A stretch of 64,000 bases of DNA. Source: Bacillota bacterium (lineage in GTDB: Bacteria > Bacillota > Sulfobacillia > JAIMAT01). The notes under the pieces were generated by a model. That model saw only the letters and a program-made list of their open reading frames with translations. It was not told where the DNA came from and did not search any database. Position numbers and translations under genes: made by a program. The stretch covers positions 6,888-70,887 of the forward strand of contig JASBVM010000001.1 of assembly GCA_029961055.1 (NCBI GenBank), in the 5' to 3' direction. Below are positions 36,897 through 45,618 of this stretch, in pieces (within the stretch, counting starts at the first letter, position 1; every line of letters begins with the position of its first letter).

Positions 36897-37652
36897 TTGT
36901 CCGGGCATTCCAAATGGCACAACCGGGTGCACAGGAAGTCGCGCCAGGACGCGCAGAAGGGCGCGCTCTACTCGAAGATGGCGCGGGAGATCATGGTCGC
37001 CGCCCGGGCCGGCGGGCCGGACCCCGAGAGCAACACGGCGCTCCGGCTGGCCATCGACCGGGCCAAGGCGGCCAGCGTCCCCATGGAGAACATCCAGCGC
37101 GCCATCCAGCGGGGAGCCGGCGGCAACGAGGCCGACCAGCTGGAGGAAGTGAGCTACGAGGGCTACGCCCCGGGCGGCGTCGCCGTCTACGTGGAGGCGC
37201 TGACCGACAACCGGAACCGGACCACCAGCGAGATCCGCTACATCTTCACGCGGAACGGCGGCAGCCTCGCGGAGGCCGGTGCGGTCGCCTGGATGTTCGA
37301 CCGGAAGGGCTACCTGGTGATCAACCGCGAGGAGCACGACGTCGACGAGGAGCGCCTGCTGGAGTGGGCGGCCGACGCCGGCGCCGAGGACGTCCGCGTC
37401 TCGGACGACGCCTACGAGGTGATCACCGCGCCCGAGGACCTCGTCCCGGTGCGGAGGGCCCTGGAGGGGCAGGGCGTGACCTTCGCCGAGGTCTCGCTCA
37501 GCATGCTGCCCAAGAGCGAGATCCGCATCGAGGGCAAGGAGGCCGAGCAGGCCCTGCGCCTGGTGGACGCCCTGGAGGATCACGACGACGTCCAGAACGT
37601 CTACACCAACCTCCAGATCGACGACGAGGAGCTGGCCCGCCTTGAGGAGTGA
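36897..37652 (+). CDS. yebC: YebC/PmpR-family DNA-binding regulator
   Basis: 251 aa with a TTG start. The protein begins MSGHSKWHNRVHRKSRQDAQKG and contains YEGYAPGGVAVYVEALTDNRNRT. Confidence 0.9.
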   Translation: MSGHSKWHNRVHRKSRQDAQKGALYSKMAREIMVAARAGGPDPESNTALRLAIDRAKAASVPMENIQRAIQRGAGGNEADQLEEVSYEGYAPGGVAVYVEALTDNRNRTTSEIRYIFTRNGGSLAEAGAVAWMFDRKGYLVINREEHDVDEERLLEWAADAGAEDVRVSDDAYEVITAPEDLVPVRRALEGQGVTFAEVSLSMLPKSEIRIEGKEAEQALRLVDALEDHDDVQNVYTNLQIDDEELARLEE

Positions 37653-37706
37653 AGCGGAGCCTCCGGGGCGAGGCGGAGCGAGGGCGGTCCCGGTCCGGGG
37701 AATGCG

Positions 37707-37734
37707 GGGCGGTGGTGAGACCACCGCCCTTCTC
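37707..37734 (+). terminator. Rho-independent terminator after yebC
   Basis: GGGCGGTGG-tgaga-CCACCGCCC followed by TTCTC. Confidence 0.5.
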
Positions 37735-37819
37735 GCAAGATCGAGAGGCTGGATCAGGGATCATCTGTCCCTCCAGGGAAATGGCAACGACCGCGTCGAA
37801 GTGGGCACGGCGGGAGGTG

Positions 37820-38647
37820 ATGCCCGTGCCCGGCGCCCGGCCCGAGCCGCGGGCGGGACGCCCATGGCCGGCGGACCTGCTGGACCAGGCGCGTTCGGGC
37901 GACGCCCGCGCCCGGGAGGAGCTGATCGCCCGCTTCACGCCTTTCATCCTGCGGGTGGCCGCGCAGGCCTGCGGCCGCTACGTCCGGCTGGGGCTGGACG
38001 ACGAGGCCAGCGTGGCGCTCATCGCCTTCAACGAGGCCATCGACCGGTACGACGCCTCCAGGGGTGCGGGCTTCCTCCCCTTCAGCCAGCAGGTGATCCG
38101 GCGTCGTCTGGTGGACTACTTCCGCAGCCAGTCGCGCCACCCCGAGACCCCGTTCTCCTCGCTGGCCGGCGAGGCGGAGGAGGACGAGGCCCCGGGGGAG
38201 GGCGCGGTGGAGGCGTTCCAGGTCGCCGGCGCGCTCAGCGAGCACCAGCGCGCCGAGCAGGCCAGCGCGCGGCGCGAGGAGATCGAGGAGTTCCGCCGCG
38301 AGCTCCGGCGCCTGGGGCTCGACCTGACCGACCTGGTCCGCTCCTCCCCCCGCCACCGGGACACGCGCCAGGTGGCGCTCCGGGTGGCGCGGCGCATCGC
38401 CGAGGTGCCGCGCTACCGGGAGCTCCTCCTGGCGACCGGCAGGCTGCCCGTGGACGAGCTGGTGAACGACCCGGGACTCGCCGTCCGCGTCCGTCCGAAG
38501 ACCCTGCGCAGGCTGCGAAGCTATCTGGTGGCGGTGGTCCTTCTCTTGACCGGGGACTTTCCCCAGCTGAGGGGCTTCCTCCCGCTGACGCCCGAGGAGG
38601 CGGAGCCCGGCGAGGGGCGGAGCGGATATGTCCAGGAAGAACGCTGA
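37820..38647 (+). CDS. sigI: RNA polymerase sigma factor SigI
   Basis: ATG at 37820 in the 37649..38647 frame. It aligns with the SigI family (ARFTPFILRVAAQACGRYV…DDEASVALIAFNEAIDRYD…, C-terminal …RLRSYLVAVVLLL). It is followed by rsgI with a 20-nt overlap. Confidence 0.8.
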   Translation: MPVPGARPEPRAGRPWPADLLDQARSGDARAREELIARFTPFILRVAAQACGRYVRLGLDDEASVALIAFNEAIDRYDASRGAGFLPFSQQVIRRRLVDYFRSQSRHPETPFSSLAGEAEEDEAPGEGAVEAFQVAGALSEHQRAEQASARREEIEEFRRELRRLGLDLTDLVRSSPRHRDTRQVALRVARRIAEVPRYRELLLATGRLPVDELVNDPGLAVRVRPKTLRRLRSYLVAVVLLLTGDFPQLRGFLPLTPEEAEPGEGRSGYVQEER

Positions 38648-40040
38648 ACGGAACGGCGGAGAGCGGGCGACGATCCTGGAGCAGGAGGGCGGCTGGGCGG
38701 TCGTCCTCACCCGGGACGGGGAGTTCCGCCGCCTCCGCCTGCCCGCCGGCCGCGCCTGGCAGGTGGGCGACGAGCTGGCTCTGCCGGAGCCCGCGGGCGC
38801 GGGCCGGGGCGGACGCCGCCGGCTCTGGGCGGCTGCGGCGGTGGCCGCGGCGCTCCTCCTGGTCGTCCTCGGGACGCTCTCGCCCTGGTCGCGCCCCACC
38901 GCGTGGGCCTATGTCTCGCTGGACTGGCACGGGGGCGTGGAGTTCACCACCGACCGGGACGGGCGCGTGATCGACGCCCGCGCCTTCTCGACCGCAGGCG
39001 CGGAGCTTCTGCGCGACGTGGCCTGGCGCGGCAGGCCCATCGACCAGGTGCTGGCCCAGGCCGCCGAGAAGGAGATCCAGGACGCCCGGACGGGCAACGA
39101 TGCCGCTTCGGCGCAGGGCAAGGCAAGTCCCGCCGGCCAGCCCCCCACCCCGGTGCTGGTGGGGATCGCTCCGGCCCGGCAGGGCGCGTCCCCGGACCGG
39201 GTGGAGAAACGGGTCCGGTCCGGCGCGGAGCGGTTGCAGGGCCTGCTCCAGAGCCAGGCGGCCGACGTGCCCGTCATGCTCCTTCGGGTCGAGGGCTCGC
39301 TCGCCGCCGACCGGGACCGGGTCCAGAGCGTCGGGGCCAGCCAGGCCTGGGCGGAGGCGCAGCGCCACCTGCCCGGCGTCCGGGTGGAGCCGGGTTGGGC
39401 GGCGCTCTTCCGGCAGCTCCTGTCGCAGGGGCTGGACCCGCAGCGGACCATCGGCGGGCAGCTTCTGCAGGGGGTTCTTCCCAAGGAGGGCGGGGCGCCG
39501 TCCGGGAAGGAGGGCCGGGAGGCGCCGGCGACCGGGCCTGCCGCGCAAGCGGGTTTGCCCGCCGGGGCCGCCGGCTCGACCCGTTCCGGCCATCCCGGGG
39601 AAGAGGGGGGGACGGGGCAGCCGGGAGGCTCGGCCGAGACGGGCGCAGCGCATCCGCTGCCCCCTCCGGTCGGGAAGCCGCCGCAAGGGGCCGACGCCGC
39701 CGGAAAGGCCCCCTTCGAGCCCGGGCGGTCCCGGGGCGAGCCGGCTTCCGTCCGGGGCCCCTCGTCCGGTCGCACGGAAAAGGGCGGCACCGGTCTGCCG
39801 TCCCTGCCGCGGCAGGGCTGCCAACCCCGCCTCGAAGGAGCGCGGCAGCTGGTCGGGAGCTGCCCGGAGGCGGAACCGCGACCGGGCGGGAAGGTGGCAC
39901 CGCCGCAAGGCGGCCGGGAGGAGGCGGGCGCGCCACAGCGGTCCCGCTCCGGTGACGCTTCCTGGAAGGGTCTCCTGGATCGCCTCGGCTCGCTCGGCCG
40001 GCAGCTCGAAGGGTTGCTGGGCGCCCCCGGCGGGGATTAA
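38628..40040 (+). CDS. rsgI: Anti-sigma-I factor RsgI (N-terminal RsgI_N domain, TM, long low-complexity C-terminus)
   Basis: 470 aa. GERATILEQEGGWAVVLTRDGEFRRLRLP matches the RsgI_N pattern. It has a single TM helix (LWAAAAVAAALLLVVLG). The C-terminal half is rich in Pro, Gly and Ala. Confidence 0.7.
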   Translation: MSRKNAERNGGERATILEQEGGWAVVLTRDGEFRRLRLPAGRAWQVGDELALPEPAGAGRGGRRRLWAAAAVAAALLLVVLGTLSPWSRPTAWAYVSLDWHGGVEFTTDRDGRVIDARAFSTAGAELLRDVAWRGRPIDQVLAQAAEKEIQDARTGNDAASAQGKASPAGQPPTPVLVGIAPARQGASPDRVEKRVRSGAERLQGLLQSQAADVPVMLLRVEGSLAADRDRVQSVGASQAWAEAQRHLPGVRVEPGWAALFRQLLSQGLDPQRTIGGQLLQGVLPKEGGAPSGKEGREAPATGPAAQAGLPAGAAGSTRSGHPGEEGGTGQPGGSAETGAAHPLPPPVGKPPQGADAAGKAPFEPGRSRGEPASVRGPSSGRTEKGGTGLPSLPRQGCQPRLEGARQLVGSCPEAEPRPGGKVAPPQGGREEAGAPQRSRSGDASWKGLLDRLGSLGRQLEGLLGAPGGD

Positions 40041-40062
40041 GATCGCCGCGGTGTCGGCCAGC

Positions 40063-41103
40063 GTGCGCGTGGATGAGTTCGACTACGAGCTCCCCGAGGA
40101 GCTGATCGCCCAGGAGCCGCTGGAGCCGCGGGACGGCTCCCGGCTGATGGTCCTCGACCGGCGCAGGGGCCGGTGGGAGCATGCACGCTTTCGCGACCTG
40201 GCGGAGATTCTGCAGCCGGGCGACTGCCTGGTGCTCAACGACACCCGGGTCAGGCCGGCGCGGCTGATCGGGCGGCGCGACTCCGGGGGCCGGGTGGAGC
40301 TGCTCCTCCTGCGACCGCTGGGCGAGGATCGCTGGGAGGTCCTGGGCCGGCCGGCGAGAAAGCTGAGGGCCGGCTCTCTGCTTCTCTTCGGCGCGGCGGA
40401 GGCGGGCCAGGGAGAGCGGCTGGAGGCCGAGGTGCTGGAAAACCGCGGCGAGGGCGTCCTCCGGGTGCGCTTCCGCTACCGGGGTGAGTGGGAGAGGCTC
40501 CTGGAGCGGCTCGGGCAGGTGCCGCTCCCTCCGTACATCCGCAGGCCGCTGGAGGATCCGGAGAGGTACCAGACCGTCTACGCCCGCGAGCCCGGGTCGG
40601 CGGCGGCGCCCACGGCCGGGCTCCACTTCACGCCGGAGCTCCTGGAGCGGCTGCGCGAGCGCGGCGTGGAGCAGGTGAAGATCACCCTCCACGTCGGCAT
40701 CGACACCTTCCGGCCCGTCCTGGAGGAGGAAGTGGAGCGCCACCGCATGCACGCCGAGTTCTTCACCGTCTCGGAGGAGGCGGCCGAGGCCATCAACCGG
40801 GCCCGGGCCGCGGGCGGGCGGCGGGTGGCGGTGGGAACCACGGTGGTCCGCACCCTGGAGAGCGTCGCCGATCCCCAGGGCCGCGTCCGGCCCGCCCGGG
40901 GCTGGACCGACCTCTTCATCTACCCGGGCTACCGCTACCGGGCGGTGGACGCGCTCCTCACCAACTTCCACCTGCCCCGCTCGACGCTGCTGATGCTGGT
41001 CTCCGCCTTCGCCGGGCGCGACCTGATCCTGGCCGCCTACCGCGAGGCGGTCGGCCGGCGGTACCGTTTCTTCTCCTTCGGCGATGCCATGCTGATCCTG
41101 TGA
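40063..41103 (+). CDS. queA: S-adenosylmethionine:tRNA ribosyltransferase-isomerase
   Basis: GTG at 40063 gives VRVDEFDYELPEELIAQEP, which matches the QueA N-terminus. GTG at 40051 is an alternative start. The C-terminus is …RFFSFGDAMLIL. Confidence 0.9.
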   Translation: MRVDEFDYELPEELIAQEPLEPRDGSRLMVLDRRRGRWEHARFRDLAEILQPGDCLVLNDTRVRPARLIGRRDSGGRVELLLLRPLGEDRWEVLGRPARKLRAGSLLLFGAAEAGQGERLEAEVLENRGEGVLRVRFRYRGEWERLLERLGQVPLPPYIRRPLEDPERYQTVYAREPGSAAAPTAGLHFTPELLERLRERGVEQVKITLHVGIDTFRPVLEEEVERHRMHAEFFTVSEEAAEAINRARAAGGRRVAVGTTVVRTLESVADPQGRVRPARGWTDLFIYPGYRYRAVDALLTNFHLPRSTLLMLVSAFAGRDLILAAYREAVGRRYRFFSFGDAMLIL

Positions 41104-41123
41104 GGACGGTGGACGAGGTGGCG

Positions 41124-42245
41124 ATGCGGCCGCGCTGGCGTCTTCTCGCCCGGGACCGGTCCAGCCGCGCCCGGGCAGGCGTTCTGGAGACCGCCCACGG
41201 CGAGGTTCCGACCCCGGCCTTCATGCCGGTGGGCACGCTGGGCGCGGTCCGCACCCTGGCGCCGTGGGAGGTGGAGGCCACGGGGACGCGGATGCTCCTG
41301 GCCAACACCTATCACCTCTTCCTGCGGCCGGGGGCGGAGCGGGTGGCCCGGGCGGGCGGCCTCCACGCCTTCATGGGCTGGGAGCACGCCGTCCTCACCG
41401 ACTCGGGCGGCTACCAGGTGATGAGCCTGGCGCCGCTGCGACGCATCGACGAGGACGGGGTGACCTTCCGCTCCCACATCGACGGCTCGCTCCAGCGGCT
41501 GACGCCCGAGGTGGCCGTCGCGGTCCAGGAGCAGCTCGGCTCCGACGTGGCCATGGTGCTGGACGTCTGCCCGCCCTACGGCGCCCCGGCGGAGGAGCTG
41601 GAGGAAGCGGTCCGCCTCACCGGCGCCTGGGCGGCGCGGGCGCGGCGCGTCCACCGGAGGCCCGACCAGGCGCTCTTCGGCATCATCCAGGGCGGCGTCG
41701 ACCTGGAGCTCCGCCGCCGCTCCACGGAGCAGGTGACGGCCCTCGACTTCCACGGCTACGCGCTGGGCGGCCTGAGCGTGGGCGAACCGAAGGAGCTGAT
41801 GCTGCGGACGCTGGAGGAAGTGATCCCCTGGCTCCCGGAGGACCGCCCCCGCTACCTGATGGGTGTCGGCACCCCCCTCGACCTGCTGGAGGGGGTGCGG
41901 CGCGGCGTGGACCTCTTCGACTGCGTGGAGCCGGCCCGGGTGGCGCGGCACGGGACGGCGTGGACCCGGGAGGGCGCCCTCCGCCTCCTCAACCGCCGCT
42001 TCGCCGACGATTTCCGCCCGCTCGATCCGGCCTGCACCTGCTCCACCTGCCGCCACTTCAGCCGGGCCTACCTCCGTCACCTGCTGAAAGTGGGGGAGGC
42101 GCTGGCCAGGCGGCTCCTCACCCTGCACAACATCACTTTCACGCAAGATATCGTTGCCGGATTGCGAAAAGACATCATCGAGGGGCGGAAACTCGGCGAA
42201 GGATGGTTTTCGTGGAGGGAAACAGGCTTGCAAGGAGAGGATTGA
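41124..42245 (+). CDS. tgt: Queuine tRNA-ribosyltransferase
   Basis: ATG at 41124 in the 40488..42245 frame. It contains TPAFMPVGT, LANTYHL, TDSGGYQV, and the zinc motif CTCSTCRHFSRAYLRHL. Confidence 0.92.
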   Translation: MRPRWRLLARDRSSRARAGVLETAHGEVPTPAFMPVGTLGAVRTLAPWEVEATGTRMLLANTYHLFLRPGAERVARAGGLHAFMGWEHAVLTDSGGYQVMSLAPLRRIDEDGVTFRSHIDGSLQRLTPEVAVAVQEQLGSDVAMVLDVCPPYGAPAEELEEAVRLTGAWAARARRVHRRPDQALFGIIQGGVDLELRRRSTEQVTALDFHGYALGGLSVGEPKELMLRTLEEVIPWLPEDRPRYLMGVGTPLDLLEGVRRGVDLFDCVEPARVARHGTAWTREGALRLLNRRFADDFRPLDPACTCSTCRHFSRAYLRHLLKVGEALARRLLTLHNITFTQDIVAGLRKDIIEGRKLGEGWFSWRETGLQGED

Positions 42246-42270
42246 CAAAGCAGGGAAACCGCCCTACACA
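42242..42270 (+). promoter_or_regulatory. Candidate promoter of gdh copy 1 (TTGACA-17-TACACA)
   Basis: TTGACA at 42242-42247 overlaps the tgt stop. The 29-nt block, including the spacer ..GGAAACCGCCC, is almost identical to the one at 43981-44009. Confidence 0.45.
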
Positions 42271-42603
42271 GAGGGTGGAGTGAGCGGGTGGTGCCGGCGA
42301 TCGGCCGGAACCGGGAGGGTCGGCTCGTGAGCTGCAGGCAAAAGCTACCTCGGCGGGTATGCCCGCATATCGCGCCCCTCCCCGGCGGCCGGGTGGAGCG
42401 GAAGTCATCCAGGGCTTGCAGGGTTTCCTGCAAGCCCTGAATATTTCGGCCACTTCAGCATGACGAAGTACCGGCCGGCGGCCCGCACGGCGACGGACCG
42501 GCTCCCCTTCCGCGGCCCATGGGGCGGCGGCCGGGAGCCGAGCGGCGCGCTGACCGCATGCGCCCCGGGGAGAGGGCGCGGCGGGGCGAAGGAGGTCGTA
42601 GCG

Positions 42604-43869
42604 TTGGCCGACCTGGTGGTGAAGGAGACGACCAACCCGTACAGGATCGTGCAGAGGCAGATCCGCCACGCCTGCGAGGCACTGGGACTGCCGGAGGTCG
42701 CCTACGAGATGCTGAAGGCACCCAAGCGCTTCCTCGAGGTGCAGATCCCCGTGCGCATGGACGACGGCACTGTCCGTCTCTTCACCGGCTACCGGTCCCA
42801 GCACAACGACGCCCTGGGGCCGGCCAAGGGCGGCATCCGCTTTCACCCCGGCGTCACCCCGGACGAGGTGAAGGCGCTCTCCATGTGGATGACGCTCAAG
42901 TGTTCCCTGCTCGGCCTGCCGCTGGGCGGGGGCAAGGGCGGGGTCGTCTGCGATCCCACAGAGCTGAGCGAGCGCGAGCTCGAGGCGCTGAGCCGGGGCT
43001 ACATCCGGGCCATCGCCCCCTTCATCGGACCGGAACAGGACGTGCCGGCCCCGGACGTCTTCACCAACGCCCGCGTCATGGCCTGGATGATGGACGAGTA
43101 CAGCCAGATCCAGGGCCACAACGTCTTCAGCGCCATCACCGGCAAGCCGGAGGTGCTGGGAGGCTCCTCCGGCCGGACAGGGGCCACGGGCCGCGGCGTG
43201 GCCATCACCATCCGCAAGGCGGCGGAGCGGCTGGGGCTGAAGCTCCGGGGCGCGACGGCGGCGGTTCAGGGGTTCGGCAATGTGGGCTCGCATGCAGCCC
43301 GCTACCTGGCGGAGCTCGGCGTGCGCATCGTCGGGATCTCGGACGTCCACGGTGGCGTCTACAACCCGGACGGCATCGACGTCCAGGCGGCCGTCGAGTG
43401 GACGCGGCGGGAGGGGAGCGTGGCCGGCCTCCCGGGGACGAAAGCCGTCGCCTCCGACGAGGTTCTCTTCCTCCCGGTAGACATCCTGGTGCCTGCCGCC
43501 CTGGAGGACCAGCTGACGGCTGAAAACGCGGGCCGGGTCCAGGCGCGCATCATCGGCGAGGGAGCCAACGGCCCGACCACGCCGGAGGCGGACGAGATCC
43601 TGTACCGGAACGGGGTGCTGGTCATCCCGGACGTGCTGGCCAACGCCGGCGGCGTGACGGTCAGCTACTTCGAGTGGGTGCAGAACCTGTACCACTTCAC
43701 CTGGACCGAGGCGGAGGTCAACCGACGGCTGGAGGAGATGATGGGGCGCGCCTTCGACACCGTCTATGCGGTGCATGAGGAGCACGGCGTCCCGATGCGC
43801 GAGGCGGCCGACAGGGTGGCCGTCAAGCGGATCTACGACGCGATGGAGGCCCGCGGCTGGCTCCACTGA
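42604..43869 (+). CDS. gdh: NAD(P)-specific glutamate dehydrogenase, copy 1
   Basis: TTG at 42604 lies 7 nt after GAAGGAGG. The protein begins LADLVVKETTNPYRIVQRQI and contains [21 protein letters not shown] and VQGFGNVG. It is 421 aa, the same length as copy 2. Confidence 0.9.
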   Translation: MADLVVKETTNPYRIVQRQIRHACEALGLPEVAYEMLKAPKRFLEVQIPVRMDDGTVRLFTGYRSQHNDALGPAKGGIRFHPGVTPDEVKALSMWMTLKCSLLGLPLGGGKGGVVCDPTELSERELEALSRGYIRAIAPFIGPEQDVPAPDVFTNARVMAWMMDEYSQIQGHNVFSAITGKPEVLGGSSGRTGATGRGVAITIRKAAERLGLKLRGATAAVQGFGNVGSHAARYLAELGVRIVGISDVHGGVYNPDGIDVQAAVEWTRREGSVAGLPGTKAVASDEVLFLPVDILVPAALEDQLTAENAGRVQARIIGEGANGPTTPEADEILYRNGVLVIPDVLANAGGVTVSYFEWVQNLYHFTWTEAEVNRRLEEMMGRAFDTVYAVHEEHGVPMREAADRVAVKRIYDAMEARGWLH

Positions 43870-43894
43870 TCACGCAGGAAGGAACGAACGAACG

Positions 43895-43922
43895 GGCGGC
43901 GAGGCCGGGCGGCCTCGCCGCC
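43895..43922 (+). terminator. Hairpin terminator after gdh copy 1
   Basis: Perfect 12-bp stem GGCGGCGAGGCC-gggc-GGCCTCGCCGCC followed by TCCTCTT. Confidence 0.5.
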
Positions 43923-43980
43923 TCCTCTTGCCGCGGGAGTCGGCCGGCTTTCTCGCGGAAAAGGGATCTGCCGGGCCGGA

Positions 43981-44009
43981 TTGACAATTGCCGGAAACCG
44001 CCCTACAAG
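43981..44009 (+). promoter_or_regulatory. Candidate promoter of gdh copy 2 (TTGACA-17-TACAAG)
   Basis: It has the same architecture and spacer sequence as 42242-42270. Confidence 0.45.
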
Positions 44010-44225
44010 AGGACGGGGCCAGGGTTTGCAGGGTTGCTTCTCGCCCTGCAGGCCTCTGTGCTGCGACCGCTTCAGCAGGCCAAGCACGTCGGCGGGCGGC
44101 CGTTCCAAGCGTCCCGCCGGGATGCCCCCGGCCCCGCGAGGGGACGACTGGCAGCGAGCGGGACGGGCGAAGCTGTGAGCGCAGGCAACCTGTGGAGGGT
44201 TGCAGCGGGGCGAGGGGGGAATCGG

Positions 44226-45491
44226 ATGGCCGACCTGCTGGCGAAGGAAACGACCAACCCGTTCGAGATCGTGCAGGGGCAGATCCGGCATGCCTGCGAG
44301 GCACTCGGGGTACCGCCGGCCGCCTTCGAGGTGTTGAGGGCGCCCAGGCGCTTCCTCGAGGTCCGGATCCCCGTGCGCATGGACGACGGCACCGTCCGCC
44401 TCTTTACGGGCTACCGAGCGCAGCACAACGACGCCCTGGGACCCACCAAGGGGGGGATTCGCTTTCACCCTGCTGTCACCCCGGACGAGGTGAAGGCGCT
44501 CTCCATGTGGATGACCCTCAAGTGCTCGCTGCTCGGCCTGCCGCTCGGCGGCGGCAAGGGCGGGGTCGTCTGCAACCCCAAGGAGATGAGCGAGCGCGAG
44601 CTGGAGGAGTTGAGCCGCGGCTACATCCGGGCCATCGCTCCCATCGTCGGACCGGAGAAGGATGTGCCGGCGCCCGACGTCTACACCAACCCCCGGATCA
44701 TGGCCTGGATGATGGACGAGTACAGCAAAATCCAGGGCCACAACGTCTTCGGCCTGATCACCGGCAAACCGGTGGCCGTCGGCGGTTCGCTGGGTCGCAG
44801 CGAGGCGACGGGTCGGGGCTGCGTGGTGACGGTGAGCCGCGCCGCCGAGCGGGTAGGCCTCGACCTGACCGGGGCGACCGTGGCCGTCCAGGGCTTCGGC
44901 AACGCCGGCAGCGTCGCTGCCCGGTTGATCGGTCAGCGCGGCGCCCGCGTCGTGGCGGTGAGCGACTCCAAGGGCGGTATCTTCAAGGCGGACGGCCTGG
45001 ATGTCGAAGCGGTCGTCCGGCACAAGGCCGAGACAGGGACGGTCCTCGGCTTCCCCGGCGCGCGGGAGATCACCAACGACGAGCTCCTCACGCTCGACGT
45101 CGACATCCTCATTCCGGCCGCGCTGGAGAACCAGCTGACCGCGGAGAACGCGCCGCGCATCCGGGCGCGGATCATCGCCGAAGCGGCCAACGGTCCCACC
45201 ACGCCGGAGGCCGACGAGATCCTGTACCGCAACGGCGTCCTGGTGGTCCCGGACGTGCTGGCCAATGCGGGTGGCGTCACCGTCAGCTACTTCGAGTGGG
45301 TCCAGAACCGGTATAACTTCTACTGGACGGAAGAAGAGGTCAACCAGCGGTTGGAAGCGATGATGACCAGGGCCTTCGACGCCGTCTACGTCATGCATGA
45401 GGAGCGCGGCGTCTCCATGCGCGAGGCCGCCGACATGGTGGCGGTCCGGCGCGTCGTCGACGCCATGGAGGCCCGGGGATGGCTACACTGA
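44226..45491 (+). CDS. gdh: NAD(P)-specific glutamate dehydrogenase, copy 2
   Basis: ATG at 44226. The protein begins [20 protein letters not shown] and is 421 aa. By eye it is about three-quarters identical to copy 1. Confidence 0.9.
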   Translation: MADLLAKETTNPFEIVQGQIRHACEALGVPPAAFEVLRAPRRFLEVRIPVRMDDGTVRLFTGYRAQHNDALGPTKGGIRFHPAVTPDEVKALSMWMTLKCSLLGLPLGGGKGGVVCNPKEMSERELEELSRGYIRAIAPIVGPEKDVPAPDVYTNPRIMAWMMDEYSKIQGHNVFGLITGKPVAVGGSLGRSEATGRGCVVTVSRAAERVGLDLTGATVAVQGFGNAGSVAARLIGQRGARVVAVSDSKGGIFKADGLDVEAVVRHKAETGTVLGFPGAREITNDELLTLDVDILIPAALENQLTAENAPRIRARIIAEAANGPTTPEADEILYRNGVLVVPDVLANAGGVTVSYFEWVQNRYNFYWTEEEVNQRLEAMMTRAFDAVYVMHEERGVSMREAADMVAVRRVVDAMEARGWLH

Positions 45492-45618
45492 ACGCGAGCG
45501 CCTGAGGGGCCCGGAAGGCGGCGGGGCCGAAAGAGCCTCGCCGCCTCGTCGTCAGCGGCGCCTTCGGTGCCGCCGCCGGCAGGCGGGAGGCCCGCCGGGC
45601 GCGAGGGAGGGACGCCGG

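Larger units (their letters stand above)
42242..45530 (+). repeat. Tandem duplication unit (promoter + leader + gdh + GC hairpin), two copies
   Basis: The two copies share a promoter block, a shared leader hairpin (CAGGGYTTGCAGGG…) and a CTTCAGCA box, collinear gdh ORFs of equal length, and related GGCGGCG(A/G)GGC hairpins after each stop. Confidence 0.8.

Noticed and set aside
37735-37819. A possible autoregulated SigI-type promoter (CCCTCC … CGAA) upstream of sigI.
   Set aside because: I cannot recall the spacing requirement precisely, and the C-rich element is unremarkable in this GC-rich background.
42405-42445. A possible sigma-54 (-24 GG / -12 GC) promoter in the gdh leader hairpin, considered by analogy with SigL-dependent rocG.
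   Set aside because: The spacing and sequence do not fit TGGCAC-N5-TTGC in either copy. The best registers are off by one, or have AAGC in place of TTGC.
42460-42603. In-frame N-terminal extensions of both gdh ORFs (ATG at 42460; ORF-track start at 44034).
   Set aside because: The two extensions share no similarity with each other, whereas the proteins become near-identical exactly at (L/M)ADL(V/L). A GAAGGAGG box precedes 42604, and ATG at 44226 is the corresponding position in copy 2.
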